A DNA stretch of 64,000 nt, from the NCBI GenBank assembly GCA_944392155.1, contig CALXVR010000001.1, forward strand, positions 18,309 to 82,308, given 5' to 3'. This document shows, piece after piece, positions 31,660-42,056 of the stretch. The translations under genes and the position numbers were made by a program. The notes beneath the pieces are model-generated. The model was not told the DNA's origin. It saw nothing but the letters and a program-made list of their open reading frames with translations, and ran no database searches. Position 1 is the stretch's first letter, and every line of letters starts with the position of its first letter. This DNA is from an uncultured Alphaproteobacteria bacterium (GTDB lineage: Bacteria > Pseudomonadota > Alphaproteobacteria > RF32 > CAG-239).

Positions 31660-32729
31660 ATCTTGTCAAAATTGATTCTCGGGTCAACCCAGGAATATGT
31701 CAAATCGCTGATAAGTTTTAAGACCAATCCCAATAAAGCAAAAATATATAAAGTTCCAAAGATAACGGGATAATCTCGTGTCATAATCGCTTCATATCCC
31801 AAAAGTCCCAGACCGTTAAGCGAGAAGATAACCTCAATCAGAAGCGAGCCGGTAAACAGCATCTTAATCAGCATGGCGGGCATTCCGGCAATCACAATCA
31901 ACATGGCGTTTCTAAAAACATGCCCGTAAAGCACTTGGTTTTCTGTCAGACCTTTGGCACGAGCGGTCAAAACATATTGCTTATTAATCTCGTCTAGAAA
32001 TGAGTTTTTGGTAAGCATTGTCAGGCTGGCAAAACCACCGATAACCATTGCCAAAACGGGTAGGGTGATATGCCAAAAATAATCCATAATTTGCTTATAC
32101 CACGGAAGTTCTGCCCAGTTATCCGAAGTCAAACCGCGGAGCGGGAACCATTGCAGATAAGTTCCTCCGGCAAAGAACACAATCAAAAACACCGCAAACA
32201 AAAAGACGGGAATAGCCGAGCCCAAAATAACCGCAAAAGAAGTCCAAACATCAAACTTTGAGCCGTCTCGTACGGCTTTTTTTATGCCCAAGGGAATAGC
32301 AATCAGATAAATAATCAGCGTTGACCAAAAGCCTAAAGAGATTGAAACCGGCAAACGTTCGATAATAAGCTGCCCGACGGTTTTATCCTTATAATAACTA
32401 TGCCCAAAATCAAAGACGGCATAATCTTTGAGCATTTTCCAAAAGCGTTCGTGCAAAGGTTTATCAAAGCCAAATTGTTTTTCCAGCTCTTTGACCAATT
32501 CTTCCGGCACGCCTTGCGCCCCCTGATATTTGTTGGCCGAACTTTCCATATTCATATTTGCCGAAGCCGTAAATTGCGACTTCGCATCAACATTCATTCC
32601 CCGATATTTTGCCAAAACATATTCCACGGGCCCCCCCGGCGCTAACTGAACAATGGCAAAGTTAATTACAAGAATGCCCAACAGCGTAAAAGGGATAAGC
32701 AACAGTCTTTTGATAATATAATTTCTCAT
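31656..32729 (-). CDS. ABC transporter permease, YejB/OppB-like (peptide/opine family)
   Basis: N-terminal [12 protein letters not shown]...APGGP motif typical of the OppB/DppB/YejB family, plus an EAA-like loop. Confidence 0.8.
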   Translation of the reverse strand: MRNYIIKRLLLIPFTLLGILVINFAIVQLAPGGPVEYVLAKYRGMNVDAKSQFTASANMNMESSANKYQGAQGVPEELVKELEKQFGFDKPLHERFWKMLKDYAVFDFGHSYYKDKTVGQLIIERLPVSISLGFWSTLIIYLIAIPLGIKKAVRDGSKFDVWTSFAVILGSAIPVFLFAVFLIVFFAGGTYLQWFPLRGLTSDNWAELPWYKQIMDYFWHITLPVLAMVIGGFASLTMLTKNSFLDEINKQYVLTARAKGLTENQVLYGHVFRNAMLIVIAGMPAMLIKMLFTGSLLIEVIFSLNGLGLLGYEAIMTRDYPVIFGTLYIFALLGLVLKLISDLTYSWVDPRINFDKI

Positions 32730-34633
32730 TTCTTATCCCTCGCAATTTGTTTTTTCATCCACCAGGTAAAAGGCTGGTATCCGGCCTTAACTTCAGATTT
32801 CGGATGCCCGAACTTATTTTGATAAGCCACCCGATTATAAGGCGAATACCATTGGAAGATAACATAATGCTCATTAAGCAGCACGCGGTCAAGCGCACGA
32901 ACATGAGCCTCATAATCATCTTTGTGCTGTGCCTGAATCAAACCTTCTATCAAAGCATCAACCACGGGGTTTTTAATACCGATAACATTATAACTTCCCT
33001 TCGCTTCGGCAGAACGGCTGCCCCACATTTCGCGTTGTTCGTTTCCGGGCATTCGGCTTACCCCGTAAGAGACAATAGCCATATCAAAGTCAAAATTATC
33101 CAACCGATTTTTAAAGATATTAACTTCTAAGTTCCGAAATACGGCTTTAATACCGATTTTTTTGAGGTTATCAATAAAAGGCAACATAACCCGAGTAAAA
33201 GAACTTCCGTTTGCAGAGTTGCTCAAAACTTCAAACTCCAGAGGTTCTCCGGTAGCAAGATTTGTCATTTTGCCATCAACAAAATCATATCCGGCCTCGT
33301 TCAAGAGCTTAACCGCGCGCCGCAAATTCTCGCGCGATGCTTCAAAGTCCGGATGTCTTGGATTCGCAAACTCCTTTTCAAACACATCTTTGGGCAAAGA
33401 GCCTTTATGTTTAAGCAAAATCTGTTTTTCTTTGCCGGAAGGCAAGCCTTTTGCTTCCATTCCCGTATTGGTAAAATAACTATAAAGCCGTTTATATTGA
33501 TTGTAGAATAAACGTTCGTTTGCCCAATCAAAATTAAAAGCCAAACCGATAGCCTCGCGCACGCGTCGGTCCTCAAATTTCGGTCGTCTTACATTAAAGG
33601 CAAAAACTTGCAAGATTGCCGGATTATTATGCTCAATGGCTTCTTTAATAATTTGTCCTTTTTTGACCTTGTCATTGTCATATCCCGTAACCCAAATTTT
33701 TGCGATATATTCTTCACGAACATCAATATTACCGGAAAAGAGAGCTTGCAGTGTGACAGTTGTGTCTTGATAAAAATCAAAACGAACTTCATCAAAATTA
33801 AAAAAGCCTCTGCGCGATGGCAAATTTTGTGCCCAATAGTCTTTAACTCTTTTCAGAATAACAAATTTTCCGGCCTGAAAATCAACAATCTCATAAGGTC
33901 CGCTGCCAAGCATCGGTTTGAGGCTGGGCTTGGAAAAATCTTTGCCTTCCCAATCTGCTTTTGATAAAATGGCAATTTGCGAGAGGATGAGCGGCAATTC
34001 TCGATTATTTGAGCCTTTTTTGAAATAAAACCGTACATGACGCTCATTAACTTTTTCCACCCGCTCCACATCGGCATAATACATCTTGTAAAGAGGCTGA
34101 CCTTTTTCAATCAGAATGTTGTAGCTGAAAATAACGTCATCAGCCGTAATCGGCATTCCGTCATGGAAGCGCGCTTTGGGGTTGAGAATAAATCCGACAA
34201 AAGACTTATCTTTGGGCATCTCAAATTTTTCGGCAATCAGAGGATAAGCCACGGCCGGATCATCAACCGGAGAAACGGCTAAAGTATCCAACGTCAAGCT
34301 AACAGCCGTTGCCGGAGGAATCCCCTTAAAAATAAAGGGATTAAAACTGTCAAAGCCGCCATAATCCGGCATAACGATTCGCCCGCCTTTAGGCGCATTG
34401 GGGTTAACATAAGAAAAGTTTTTGAAATCCGGAGCATATTTGGCTTCATCATACAAAGCAATATGCTCAGACAAAACAACTTCTGCCCGAAGAGGTGCGG
34501 CAAAACCAAAAATTATGCCGCAAAAAAGGACAAGCTTATTTATGATAGTTGGCTTCATTTGTCCAACTGCCGAAGGGATAAGCATAATTTTCTTCTTTTT
34601 CTTCTTCCTTAGGTTCAGGTTTAGCCTTTTCAA
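32726..34633 (-). CDS. ABC transporter substrate-binding protein, family 5 (YejA-like, ~610 aa mature)
   Basis: Size and SBP_bac_5-type motifs. Signal peptide [25 protein letters not shown] if the start is at 34558. The longer ORF-track start includes a poly-Lys tract and is doubtful. Confidence 0.75.
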   Translation of the reverse strand: MKRLNLNLRKKKKKKIMLIPSAVGQMKPTIINKLVLFCGIIFGFAAPLRAEVVLSEHIALYDEAKYAPDFKNFSYVNPNAPKGGRIVMPDYGGFDSFNPFIFKGIPPATAVSLTLDTLAVSPVDDPAVAYPLIAEKFEMPKDKSFVGFILNPKARFHDGMPITADDVIFSYNILIEKGQPLYKMYYADVERVEKVNERHVRFYFKKGSNNRELPLILSQIAILSKADWEGKDFSKPSLKPMLGSGPYEIVDFQAGKFVILKRVKDYWAQNLPSRRGFFNFDEVRFDFYQDTTVTLQALFSGNIDVREEYIAKIWVTGYDNDKVKKGQIIKEAIEHNNPAILQVFAFNVRRPKFEDRRVREAIGLAFNFDWANERLFYNQYKRLYSYFTNTGMEAKGLPSGKEKQILLKHKGSLPKDVFEKEFANPRHPDFEASRENLRRAVKLLNEAGYDFVDGKMTNLATGEPLEFEVLSNSANGSSFTRVMLPFIDNLKKIGIKAVFRNLEVNIFKNRLDNFDFDMAIVSYGVSRMPGNEQREMWGSRSAEAKGSYNVIGIKNPVVDALIEGLIQAQHKDDYEAHVRALDRVLLNEHYVIFQWYSPYNRVAYQNKFGHPKSEVKAGYQPFTWWMKKQIARDKK

Positions 34634-35957
34634 GGGAAGAAGGTTCCGGTTCTTGGGGAGTGGTTGCAGAAGATGTGGCGTTTCGCATTTCTTCCCATTC
34701 CTTTTTAAGGTCGTTTAAGGTTTTGCGCGTATTGGCAAAACTATCATCTTCAGGCTGAACGATTGCTTCTTTAGGTTCAACCTTCGGTGCAGGTACATCT
34801 ATCTCAGGCATATCATTAACTTGCGGCTCAAAGCGCGGCTCATTTACGGGAGCAGACATCTCTTCCGCAACAGAAAAATCATCTTCTTTATCAAACGAAG
34901 GCTCTTCTATTTTCGGAGCAGCTAATTCTTCCGTTTCGCCGAAACTCCGTTCTAATGCCATAGAAAAAGGATCTTTTTCTTCTGCATTACTAATAGAGGG
35001 CTCAGCAAAAAAAGGTTGCTTTTTCTCTTTGCGAAACGGGTTTAGCTTTGCGGCTTTTTCAGCAAAAGCTTTTGCATCTATTTTTTCAAAAAAGGCAGCT
35101 TTTTCTGTTTTCTGCGCAACAGTATTATCCTGAGCTGAAATCTGATTAACCTCTTCTTCTTCGGCAACAACTTGCGTTTGTTGAGGCATCGCTGAGGACA
35201 AATTTTCTTTTTGAGCGAAGACAGGGGCGGCAGGACCGCTCGGAGCAAACTCACGGCTTCTGCGAATTTCATCGGAGACCGGAGCCAGAATGGAAAAGAC
35301 TTTACCAAAAACACCTGTTTCTATAATAGTAATAAAAACACGTTCCTTATCATGTTTTTCCAACAAAGAAGTCAGACTCAAATAACGAGCGCACCATTCT
35401 AATATAGTTCCGGCAATAACATTGTCTCGTTGCGATTTTTCGTAGATGCGCATTTGAAAATTCGGCTGATTTTGGTTAACCTCAATCAATACCTTGCCAA
35501 AAGCCCATTTGCCGCCATTCTGAACCTTGCTCCACAAGCGGTCAATCTGATCTGTTGAAGCAATATTGCAACGTGTGAGCAAATCGGCAATAAGCTCATT
35601 CATGTCGGCGATAAATAAGTCAAATTTACTTAAAATAAAACCATCTTTAATTTCTTGTTCTGCTTCAAGCATGATTCGGGCAATCAAATCAGTATAGTCC
35701 TGATTTTTTTTCATCTGCTTAAACAAAGAAAACATATTATTAGAGAGAGCGCGGCTGCCTAAATACTGATTAATAAAGCCAAAAACCATCCACAAAATCA
35801 AAATAGGCAAGAGCGCAAGACCGACATATATAGAAATATCTGTTATGCCAAGAGAACTGAACGCTACACCGTTTAGATGGTCGTTAACATATGCTACTGC
35901 AAAAATTAGCCAAATAAGCGTAGAAAAAACCGAAATAAAGAAAGCCAGTGCCAACAC
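34536..35957 (-). CDS. Hypothetical membrane protein with two N-terminal TM helices and an acidic, disordered C-terminal tail
   Basis: Long ORF. Hydrophobic N-terminus. The C-terminal ~200 aa are E/P/A-rich. Confidence 0.55.
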   Translation of the reverse strand: MLALAFFISVFSTLIWLIFAVAYVNDHLNGVAFSSLGITDISIYVGLALLPILILWMVFGFINQYLGSRALSNNMFSLFKQMKKNQDYTDLIARIMLEAEQEIKDGFILSKFDLFIADMNELIADLLTRCNIASTDQIDRLWSKVQNGGKWAFGKVLIEVNQNQPNFQMRIYEKSQRDNVIAGTILEWCARYLSLTSLLEKHDKERVFITIIETGVFGKVFSILAPVSDEIRRSREFAPSGPAAPVFAQKENLSSAMPQQTQVVAEEEEVNQISAQDNTVAQKTEKAAFFEKIDAKAFAEKAAKLNPFRKEKKQPFFAEPSISNAEEKDPFSMALERSFGETEELAAPKIEEPSFDKEDDFSVAEEMSAPVNEPRFEPQVNDMPEIDVPAPKVEPKEAIVQPEDDSFANTRKTLNDLKKEWEEMRNATSSATTPQEPEPSSLEKAKPEPKEEEKEENYAYPFGSWTNEANYHK

Positions 35958-36150
35958 GTTCTATTCTCCTCTGGGGTTTGATTTTTACTGATTTTAGTCT
36001 TTTTGGTCGTTTTTTCAATTAAAATCTGCATATCCGTATGTGGTTTGGGATATGTTTTTCAAAGAGATAATCAACATAACCAAAAAAAGAGTCGAAATTT
36101 TGAATAAATTGTGTTAAGACACTCAACAGGTTTAATAGTTAAAGAGAATT

Positions 36151-37122
36151 TTGATGAATACGAACAGCACATTGGTTTTGGATTTTGAAAAGAATATTGT
36201 AGAAATTGAAGCTAAAATTGAGGGATTGAAGTTACTCGCTAAAGACGAAGATGTAGATATCGCTCAGGAGGTTAATCGTTTGCAGCAAAAACTCGAAAAA
36301 CAAGTTAGGCAATCTTATGCTAACTTAACGCCTTGGCAAAAGTCTCAGGTGGCGCGCCATCCGGATCGTCCGCATTGTTTGGATTATGTTCATGCTTTAA
36401 TTGAGGATTTCACGCCTTTATGCGGAGATAGATTGTTTGCCGATGACGAGGCGATGGTTGGCGGTATCGGACGTTTCAAAAACATCTCTGTTGTTGTTTT
36501 GGGACAAGAAAAAGGTCATGATCTTGAAACCCGCATGAAGCATAACTTCGGTATGGCTAAACCGGAAGGTTACCGCAAGGCGCAACGTCTGATGGATTTG
36601 GCTGATAAATTCAATATGCCGGTTTTGGCTTTTGTTGACACGGCAGGTGCATACCCCGGAGTTGAGGCTGAAGCCAGAGGTCAGGCGGAAGCAATCGCTT
36701 CGTCTATCCAAAAGTGCTTGCGTATCAGAGTTCCGCTGATTTCAATTGTTATTGGTGAGGGTGGTTCCGGTGGCGCAATTGCCATTGCTACAGCCAACAG
36801 AGTCCTGATGTTGGAAAACTCCATTTATTCAGTTATCTCACCGGAGGGTTGCGCTTCCATTCTGTGGCGCTCGGCGGATAAGGTCAAGGAGGCAACAGAA
36901 GCTCTGCATTTAACAGCGCAAGACTTAAAGCATTTTGGCGTAATTGACGAGATTGTCAAAGAGCCGGTCGGCGGCGCACATCGTGACCCGCAAACAACCA
37001 TCAACCGCGTGGGCGAGGCTTTGTTGCGTAACCTTAAGGAGTTGTTGCCTTTGAGTGGCGAAGAGCTCAAAAAGCAACGCACCGAAAAATTCTTGGCAAT
37101 GGGTCGCAATTTGCCTGAATAG
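36151..37122 (+). CDS. accA: Acetyl-CoA carboxylase carboxyltransferase alpha subunit
   Basis: Characteristic AccA sequence (RLFADDEAMVGGIGRF...FVDTAGAYPGVEAEARGQ...VIGEGGSGGA). Confidence 0.9.
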   Translation: MMNTNSTLVLDFEKNIVEIEAKIEGLKLLAKDEDVDIAQEVNRLQQKLEKQVRQSYANLTPWQKSQVARHPDRPHCLDYVHALIEDFTPLCGDRLFADDEAMVGGIGRFKNISVVVLGQEKGHDLETRMKHNFGMAKPEGYRKAQRLMDLADKFNMPVLAFVDTAGAYPGVEAEARGQAEAIASSIQKCLRIRVPLISIVIGEGGSGGAIAIATANRVLMLENSIYSVISPEGCASILWRSADKVKEATEALHLTAQDLKHFGVIDEIVKEPVGGAHRDPQTTINRVGEALLRNLKELLPLSGEELKKQRTEKFLAMGRNLPE

Positions 37123-37129
37123 GAAAATA

Positions 37130-38266
37130 ATGGCTGAAAGTGCTTTTACAATGACGGAAACCCTGCTGCTTTTAGTGGCAGGGCTTTTGCTGATTGCAAT
37201 AATTTTAGGGTTGGCGCTGCTTTTGCGCCGCAAAACAGACCCTGCCGTCCAAAGCTTGGCAGAGACCTTATTCCGAGGACAAGCAGAGCTAGCCGGACGT
37301 TTATCTCAATTATCAGAGAATGCGGTTGCGCAACAAGCCAAAATTTCGGGAGCTATTGATGAGCAGCGTTTGTCTATGCTCAAAATGATAGATGAGAAGT
37401 TATTGCAGGTAACCAAAAATGTTGGAGAGGGCTTGCAAAAATCTACCACGCAGACCGCTGAAACGCTGCAGGCTTTAAGAGAGCGCTTAGCTAAGATAGA
37501 TGTTGCACAACAAAAAATTTCTTCTTTGTCGGAGCAGGTTGTCTCCTTACAAGAGGTCTTGTCCAACAAACAAGCCCGCGGTGCCTTTGGAGAGATTCAA
37601 CTCAACGATTTGGTTACCAACACACTTCCGCCTTCTGCTTATGAATTCCAAGTCGTGCTGTCTAATGGCAAAAGAGCTGACTGTGTTTTGAGGTTGCCCA
37701 ATCCTCCGGGAACAATAGTTATAGATTCGAAATTTCCGCTGGAAAGCTATAATGCCTTACGCATAGCCTCTTCAGAGCGAGAAAAGATAGAGGCAGAGAG
37801 ATTCTTTAGAGCCTCTGTTTTGAAACATATTAAAGATATTGCCGAAAAATATATTATCTCCGGAGAAACGGCGGAATCCGCCTTAATGTTTTTGCCTTCA
37901 GAAGCAATTTATGCGGAGTTGCACGCCAATTTTCGCGATGTGGTTGAAGTTTCATATCGTTCAAAAGTTTGGATAGTTTCTCCGACAACCTTGATGGCAA
38001 CTTTGAATACGGTTCGGGCGATTCTCAAAGATGCCAGAATGCGGGAGATGGCCGGAGTAATTCAAAAAGAGGTTGGCGTTTTGGTTGAGGACATCAGCCG
38101 CTTGGACGATCGTATAGAAAACCTTTCCAAACATTTTGACATGGCCTGCCGCGATATTGGAGAGATAAAAGTATCTTCGGGCAAAATTTCTCGCCGTATA
38201 GAAAAGATAGAAGATTTGCAGCTGGGCGGGGATGAAAAGCCCTTGTCTTTAGAACATTCGGCTTGA
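37130..38266 (+). CDS. rmuC: DNA recombination protein RmuC
   Basis: N-terminal TM helix, a long coiled coil, and a C-terminal RmuC nuclease-like region. Start trimmed to MAESAF. Confidence 0.75.
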   Translation: MAESAFTMTETLLLLVAGLLLIAIILGLALLLRRKTDPAVQSLAETLFRGQAELAGRLSQLSENAVAQQAKISGAIDEQRLSMLKMIDEKLLQVTKNVGEGLQKSTTQTAETLQALRERLAKIDVAQQKISSLSEQVVSLQEVLSNKQARGAFGEIQLNDLVTNTLPPSAYEFQVVLSNGKRADCVLRLPNPPGTIVIDSKFPLESYNALRIASSEREKIEAERFFRASVLKHIKDIAEKYIISGETAESALMFLPSEAIYAELHANFRDVVEVSYRSKVWIVSPTTLMATLNTVRAILKDARMREMAGVIQKEVGVLVEDISRLDDRIENLSKHFDMACRDIGEIKVSSGKISRRIEKIEDLQLGGDEKPLSLEHSA

Positions 38267-38400
38267 GGCAAACGGCAGATATAAAGCTTTGGATAACTCC
38301 GCAATAAGATTTTGGCTTTTTTTGAAAAGGGTCTATTGATTTATAAAACAAAAACGGCTAAATTGTATTGAAAATAAAATATAAATAAGAGGTACTTGAA

Positions 38401-38679
38401 GTGACTAAATCAGAATTGATTGAAAAAATTGCAGAAAAAAACCCCCACCTGTTGCTCAAAGATGTAGAGCGCATTGTTAATGTGGTTTTTGAAAAAATTA
38501 CCATGTCTTTAGCTAAAGGTGAAAGAGTAGAATTTAGAGGATTCGGAGCATTTTCCGTTCGCAAACGTTCACCGCGCATTGCCAAAAATCCGCGCACCGG
38601 AGAACAGGTTAAGGTTGAGGAAAGAAACATTCCCCACTTCAAAACCGGAAAACAATTACACGAATTATTGAACAAATAA
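38401..38679 (+). CDS. ihfB: Integration host factor beta subunit (HU/IHF family)
   Basis: GTG start. [10 protein letters not shown]...[47 protein letters not shown] matches E. coli IhfB closely. Confidence 0.8.
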   Translation: MTKSELIEKIAEKNPHLLLKDVERIVNVVFEKITMSLAKGERVEFRGFGAFSVRKRSPRIAKNPRTGEQVKVEERNIPHFKTGKQLHELLNK

Positions 38680-38713
38680 TTTAAAAACCTCATAGGGAGA
38701 AAGGGCTGTTGCC

Positions 38714-39115
38714 ATGGGTTTCATAAGATTGCTTATAGGTTTGCCGCTGTTGATTGTGATATTGGTGTTTGCCTTTGTAAACAATGACTTGGTGGAATTT
38801 AACCTATGGCCTTTTTATGTAGAAATTACGGTTTCGCAAAGCGTGGCAATAGTTGCTTTTATCCTTTTGGGATATATCTGGGGCAAAATCAGCTCATGGA
38901 TGTCTTATGCTCCGCTTCGTGCTCAGCTTCGCAAACAAAAGAAAGAAAATAAGAAGCTGAACAAGGAACAGCAAAAACTGACAGAGCAAGTCAGCGGTCT
39001 TCAAGAAAACATTGAAGCCTTAAAGACCCAAACAGCAGAGTTGATGCCTCCCAAACCGACGTTTAAGGAGAGATTGAAAAATCTCTTTAAGCGCAAAGAG
39101 AAAGAAACTCTCTAA
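38714..39115 (+). CDS. LapA/YciS-family inner-membrane protein (DUF1049)
   Basis: Two TM helices then a basic coiled-coil tail. Position immediately after ihfB is typical for lapA. Confidence 0.55.
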   Translation: MGFIRLLIGLPLLIVILVFAFVNNDLVEFNLWPFYVEITVSQSVAIVAFILLGYIWGKISSWMSYAPLRAQLRKQKKENKKLNKEQQKLTEQVSGLQENIEALKTQTAELMPPKPTFKERLKNLFKRKEKETL

Positions 39116-39147
39116 AACAAGTGTTTTAACAACAATGGTATAGAATA

Positions 39148-40029
39148 ATGAATTGGCTTACGGATTTTGTCAGACCGAAAATAAAGAAAACCACACCTAA
39201 AGAGATTGCCGACAATTTGTGGGTAAAATGCCCTGTTTGTGGTCAAATGCTCTTTTCCAAGGAAATGAAAAAGACCCTTTATGTCTGCACCAAGTGTGGT
39301 CATCACTTGCGTTTATATATTGATAAACGCCTCAAAATGCTTTTTGATAACGGCGAGTATAATGAGATTGCTCTTCCCAAAACCAAGGAAGACCCGCTCA
39401 AGTTCCGTGATTCCAAAAAATATACCGATCGTCTAAAATCATATCGCAAAGCAACCGGCAATGATGATGCCATTAAAGTTGCTCAGGGCGAAATCGGCGG
39501 TATAACCTGCGTCGTTGCCGCGCTGGACTTCTCTTTTATGGGTGGTTCAATGGGCATGGCCGTTGGTGAAGGTATCGTCAAAGCCGCCGAAATGGCAATG
39601 AAAGGTAATTATCCTTTGATTACGGTTGCTTCGTCAGGTGGTGCGCGTATGCAAGAAGGTATTTTATCTTTAATGCAGATGGCCAGAACAACTGCTGCAA
39701 TTAATATGGTCAAAGAAAAAGGCTTACCTTTTATTTCCATTTTGACCGACCCGACAACAGGTGGTGTTTCAGCTTCCTTTGCAATGCTGGGTGATATTCA
39801 TATTGCCGAGAAGGGCTGTGTTATTGGTTTTGCCGGAGCCCGCGTTATTGAACAAACCATTAGGGAAAAGTTGCCGGAAGGTTTTCAGCGTGCCGAATAT
39901 CTTAAAGAACACGGCATGGTAGATATTGTCTGCACACGTGATGAACTGAAAAATGAGTTGGTTAAAGTCATAAGTATTTTGACCCACAACAAACCAAAGT
40001 TAAACACACCGCTGCTTGATAATAAATAA
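39148..40029 (+). CDS. accD: Acetyl-CoA carboxylase carboxyltransferase beta subunit
   Basis: N-terminal Zn ribbon CPVCGQ...CTKCGHH. Carboxyltransferase motif FSFMGGSMG. Confidence 0.9.
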   Translation: MNWLTDFVRPKIKKTTPKEIADNLWVKCPVCGQMLFSKEMKKTLYVCTKCGHHLRLYIDKRLKMLFDNGEYNEIALPKTKEDPLKFRDSKKYTDRLKSYRKATGNDDAIKVAQGEIGGITCVVAALDFSFMGGSMGMAVGEGIVKAAEMAMKGNYPLITVASSGGARMQEGILSLMQMARTTAAINMVKEKGLPFISILTDPTTGGVSASFAMLGDIHIAEKGCVIGFAGARVIEQTIREKLPEGFQRAEYLKEHGMVDIVCTRDELKNELVKVISILTHNKPKLNTPLLDNK

Positions 40030-40064
40030 AAAAAATCCCCTTACCGAAGGGGATTTTTTTTATT
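40030..40064. terminator. Bidirectional intrinsic terminator between accD (+) and the minus-strand XRE operon
   Basis: atcccctt-accga-aggggat hairpin flanked by A8 and T9 runs. Confidence 0.75.
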
Positions 40065-40281
40065 GAAAATATTTATAAGCATCTAAAATTTTGCGCAAGT
40101 GGTAAGGTGTCATAGGTTTTGTTCCTTCCTCAAGCTCTTTGAGCGTTTCGGGAGAAAGACCGGAACGAGCGGCCAATTCCTGATAACTCCATCCGGCTTT
40201 TTTACGCAAACGGCAAATTTTTTGTCGGGCTTGTCCTGCCAAAACTCTCTGAATAAAAGCATCTTCATTTTCTTGTATCAT
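40060..40281 (-). CDS. XRE-family helix-turn-helix transcriptional regulator (73 aa)
   Basis: HTH pattern ...AGWSYQELAARSGLSPETLKELEEG... The last gene of a five-gene minus-strand operon. Confidence 0.7.
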   Translation of the reverse strand: MIQENEDAFIQRVLAGQARQKICRLRKKAGWSYQELAARSGLSPETLKELEEGTKPMTPYHLRKILDAYKYFQ

Positions 40282-40296
40282 AAACGCTCTCCTTGC

Positions 40297-41094
40297 CTAA
40301 TCTCGTTCCTTTTGAGCCAGCTTAACGGCATCAAACCAATGAAGAGTATTTTGTTTTTCTTTCGGCAAAATATCCATATTTTGCGACAAAGGACCAGATT
40401 TATATTTTCCGACAAACTTTTTAGCGCGTTTTTTTAGTCCTTTGAATTTATTAATATAACGATCCTTCTCAAAAAAATCTATTCTTGCCTGAACAAAAGC
40501 ATTATAAAAAGCCTCTTGTTCTTTGTCGGAACAATTATTTAAGAAAGGAGGAATCTCTTTCCAGTTACGCGGCCGTTTTTCAATATCTTCGCCACGCATT
40601 TTCATTACTGCAATCAGCCCCTCTTTGGCAAAACTCCTGAAGGTGTTGTAATCATGGTTATAAACGGCATCTAAAAGCATTTCTGCAAGAGAGGCGTTGT
40701 TGAGTTCATCAAGCTTATAGTGTTCATAAAAAGCCACGCGCATAATGGTTTTTGCTTGAGATAAAGAAAGATCTTTAACACTTTCCAGAAAACCTTTAGC
40801 TTCATCGGGAAATTTTTCCTTAAAATCAGTAAGAGTAGGGTTGGTAACGCCGAATTTTGTTTCTTGGTCGATTTTTGTTCCGTCATCATAACCGCCTTCT
40901 GACTTAAGAATTTCTAGCGCAGAAAGCTCAAAGCGCAAGGCCTGATAACCTTTAACCCCACCGAACGAGGCGCCCGCAATCAACGTCCCGTAAAGAAAGT
41001 TTTTTCTGTTACGGCGAATTTTTTCCAAAATCGTAGCGCGACTCTTCTTCATATACATAATATAATCTATAGTTGGCTTTCTGTCTATGCACAA
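40297..41094 (-). CDS. GH108 lysozyme-like (COG3926/ZliS-type) protein with an N-terminal TM anchor
   Basis: GH108 N-terminal signature E-GGY-DD-G..ET.FGVT (SEGGYDDGTKIDQETKFGVTNPT). Hydrophobic segment FLYGTLIAGASFGGVKG near the N-terminus. Confidence 0.55.
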   Translation of the reverse strand: MCIDRKPTIDYIMYMKKSRATILEKIRRNRKNFLYGTLIAGASFGGVKGYQALRFELSALEILKSEGGYDDGTKIDQETKFGVTNPTLTDFKEKFPDEAKGFLESVKDLSLSQAKTIMRVAFYEHYKLDELNNASLAEMLLDAVYNHDYNTFRSFAKEGLIAVMKMRGEDIEKRPRNWKEIPPFLNNCSDKEQEAFYNAFVQARIDFFEKDRYINKFKGLKKRAKKFVGKYKSGPLSQNMDILPKEKQNTLHWFDAVKLAQKERD

Positions 41095-41138
41095 AAAAAC
41101 CCGATATTTTGATAATATCGGGTCTTAATTTACAGGCT

Positions 41139-41576
41139 TCAGGAAAAAGTTTGAAGATGCTTATCAAAGAAAGCAATCACTTTACCGTATTTTGACTGGT
41201 AATCAGGATCTTCCATCAGTTCTTGCTTGATTTGAGCAATAATATCAGGATTATAATCCGAAACTATCTTCTCAAAGTTTTTCTCTTGTTGGCCGTCTTC
41301 AAGCAACTTATTAACTTCAGAAAAAACTTCAGCAACGCTCAGAACCATAACATTACAATTCCGGCATTGAAATTCTTTGTTTATTTCTTTTTCTGCCGCA
41401 GTCCAATAAGCCTTCTCAACAAAAGCATTAATACCTCTTTGCGGAGCAAAAAAGTTATAATAGCTTCGCACCATTCCAAGAAGTTTTGCCAGTTCCTTAA
41501 CATCTAACATTTTGAGGTCTTGAGACTTGAGGAAATCTTTGAGTTCCTCAGATGTCATTTTTTCAAAATTAACCAT
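41139..41576 (-). CDS. Hypothetical 145-aa protein (P1), paralog of P2
   Basis: N-terminal similarity to the next gene: MTSEELKDFLKSQDLKMLDVKELAKLLGMV against LSPAEVKKLCSAPKLKKLTEKELADLFGYV. Confidence 0.55.
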   Translation of the reverse strand: MVNFEKMTSEELKDFLKSQDLKMLDVKELAKLLGMVRSYYNFFAPQRGINAFVEKAYWTAAEKEINKEFQCRNCNVMVLSVAEVFSEVNKLLEDGQQEKNFEKIVSDYNPDIIAQIKQELMEDPDYQSKYGKVIAFFDKHLQTFS

Positions 41577-41591
41577 AATTCAGAAGTTAGA

Positions 41592-42056
41592 TTAATTTAA
41601 CAAGGCTGTCCGCTTGTTCATTTGTTGGCGGATTTCTTCCATATAAGGCTCATAAAGCTGTCTGTTGGTAAATAAAACCATTTCAATCTCGGTTTCTACC
41701 CTCTTTAAGGCCTCCAAATCAAGAATTTCAAGAATTGAATAAGCCTGAATTTGAAAGTCTTCATCTTCCATATTCAGAAGTTCGATAGCACTTTTGCCCT
41801 CGTTCCCTTTTTCAATTCCGACATAGAGCATTTGCAACCCACGATTGACCACTTCATCATTGATTAAAAGTAAGGCGGCATCCCACCACTTTCTTTCTAA
41901 TGCAGCGTCCATTCCGCGAGCTCCTTGAAGCTTAAAAAGTTCGGCGTTTACATAGCCGAATAAATCAGCCAATTCTTTTTCCGTTAGCTTTTTGAGCTTT
42001 GGTGCCGAGCAGAGTTTTTTGACTTCCGCTGGCGAGAGCTTCTTAATGTTTCGCAT
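41592..42056 (-). CDS. Hypothetical 154-aa protein (P2), paralog of P1
   Basis: See P1. 15-bp spacing from P1. Confidence 0.55.
   Translation of the reverse strand: MRNIKKLSPAEVKKLCSAPKLKKLTEKELADLFGYVNAELFKLQGARGMDAALERKWWDAALLLINDEVVNRGLQMLYVGIEKGNEGKSAIELLNMEDEDFQIQAYSILEILDLEALKRVETEIEMVLFTNRQLYEPYMEEIRQQMNKRTALLN

Noticed and set aside
34593-34612. Poly-Lys tract (KKKKKK) at the N-terminus of the ORF-track call for the yejA-like gene
   Set aside because: It lies upstream of the likely true start (the signal peptide begins at the Met at 34558), so it is probably a 5' UTR purine-rich run, not coding and not a slippery site.
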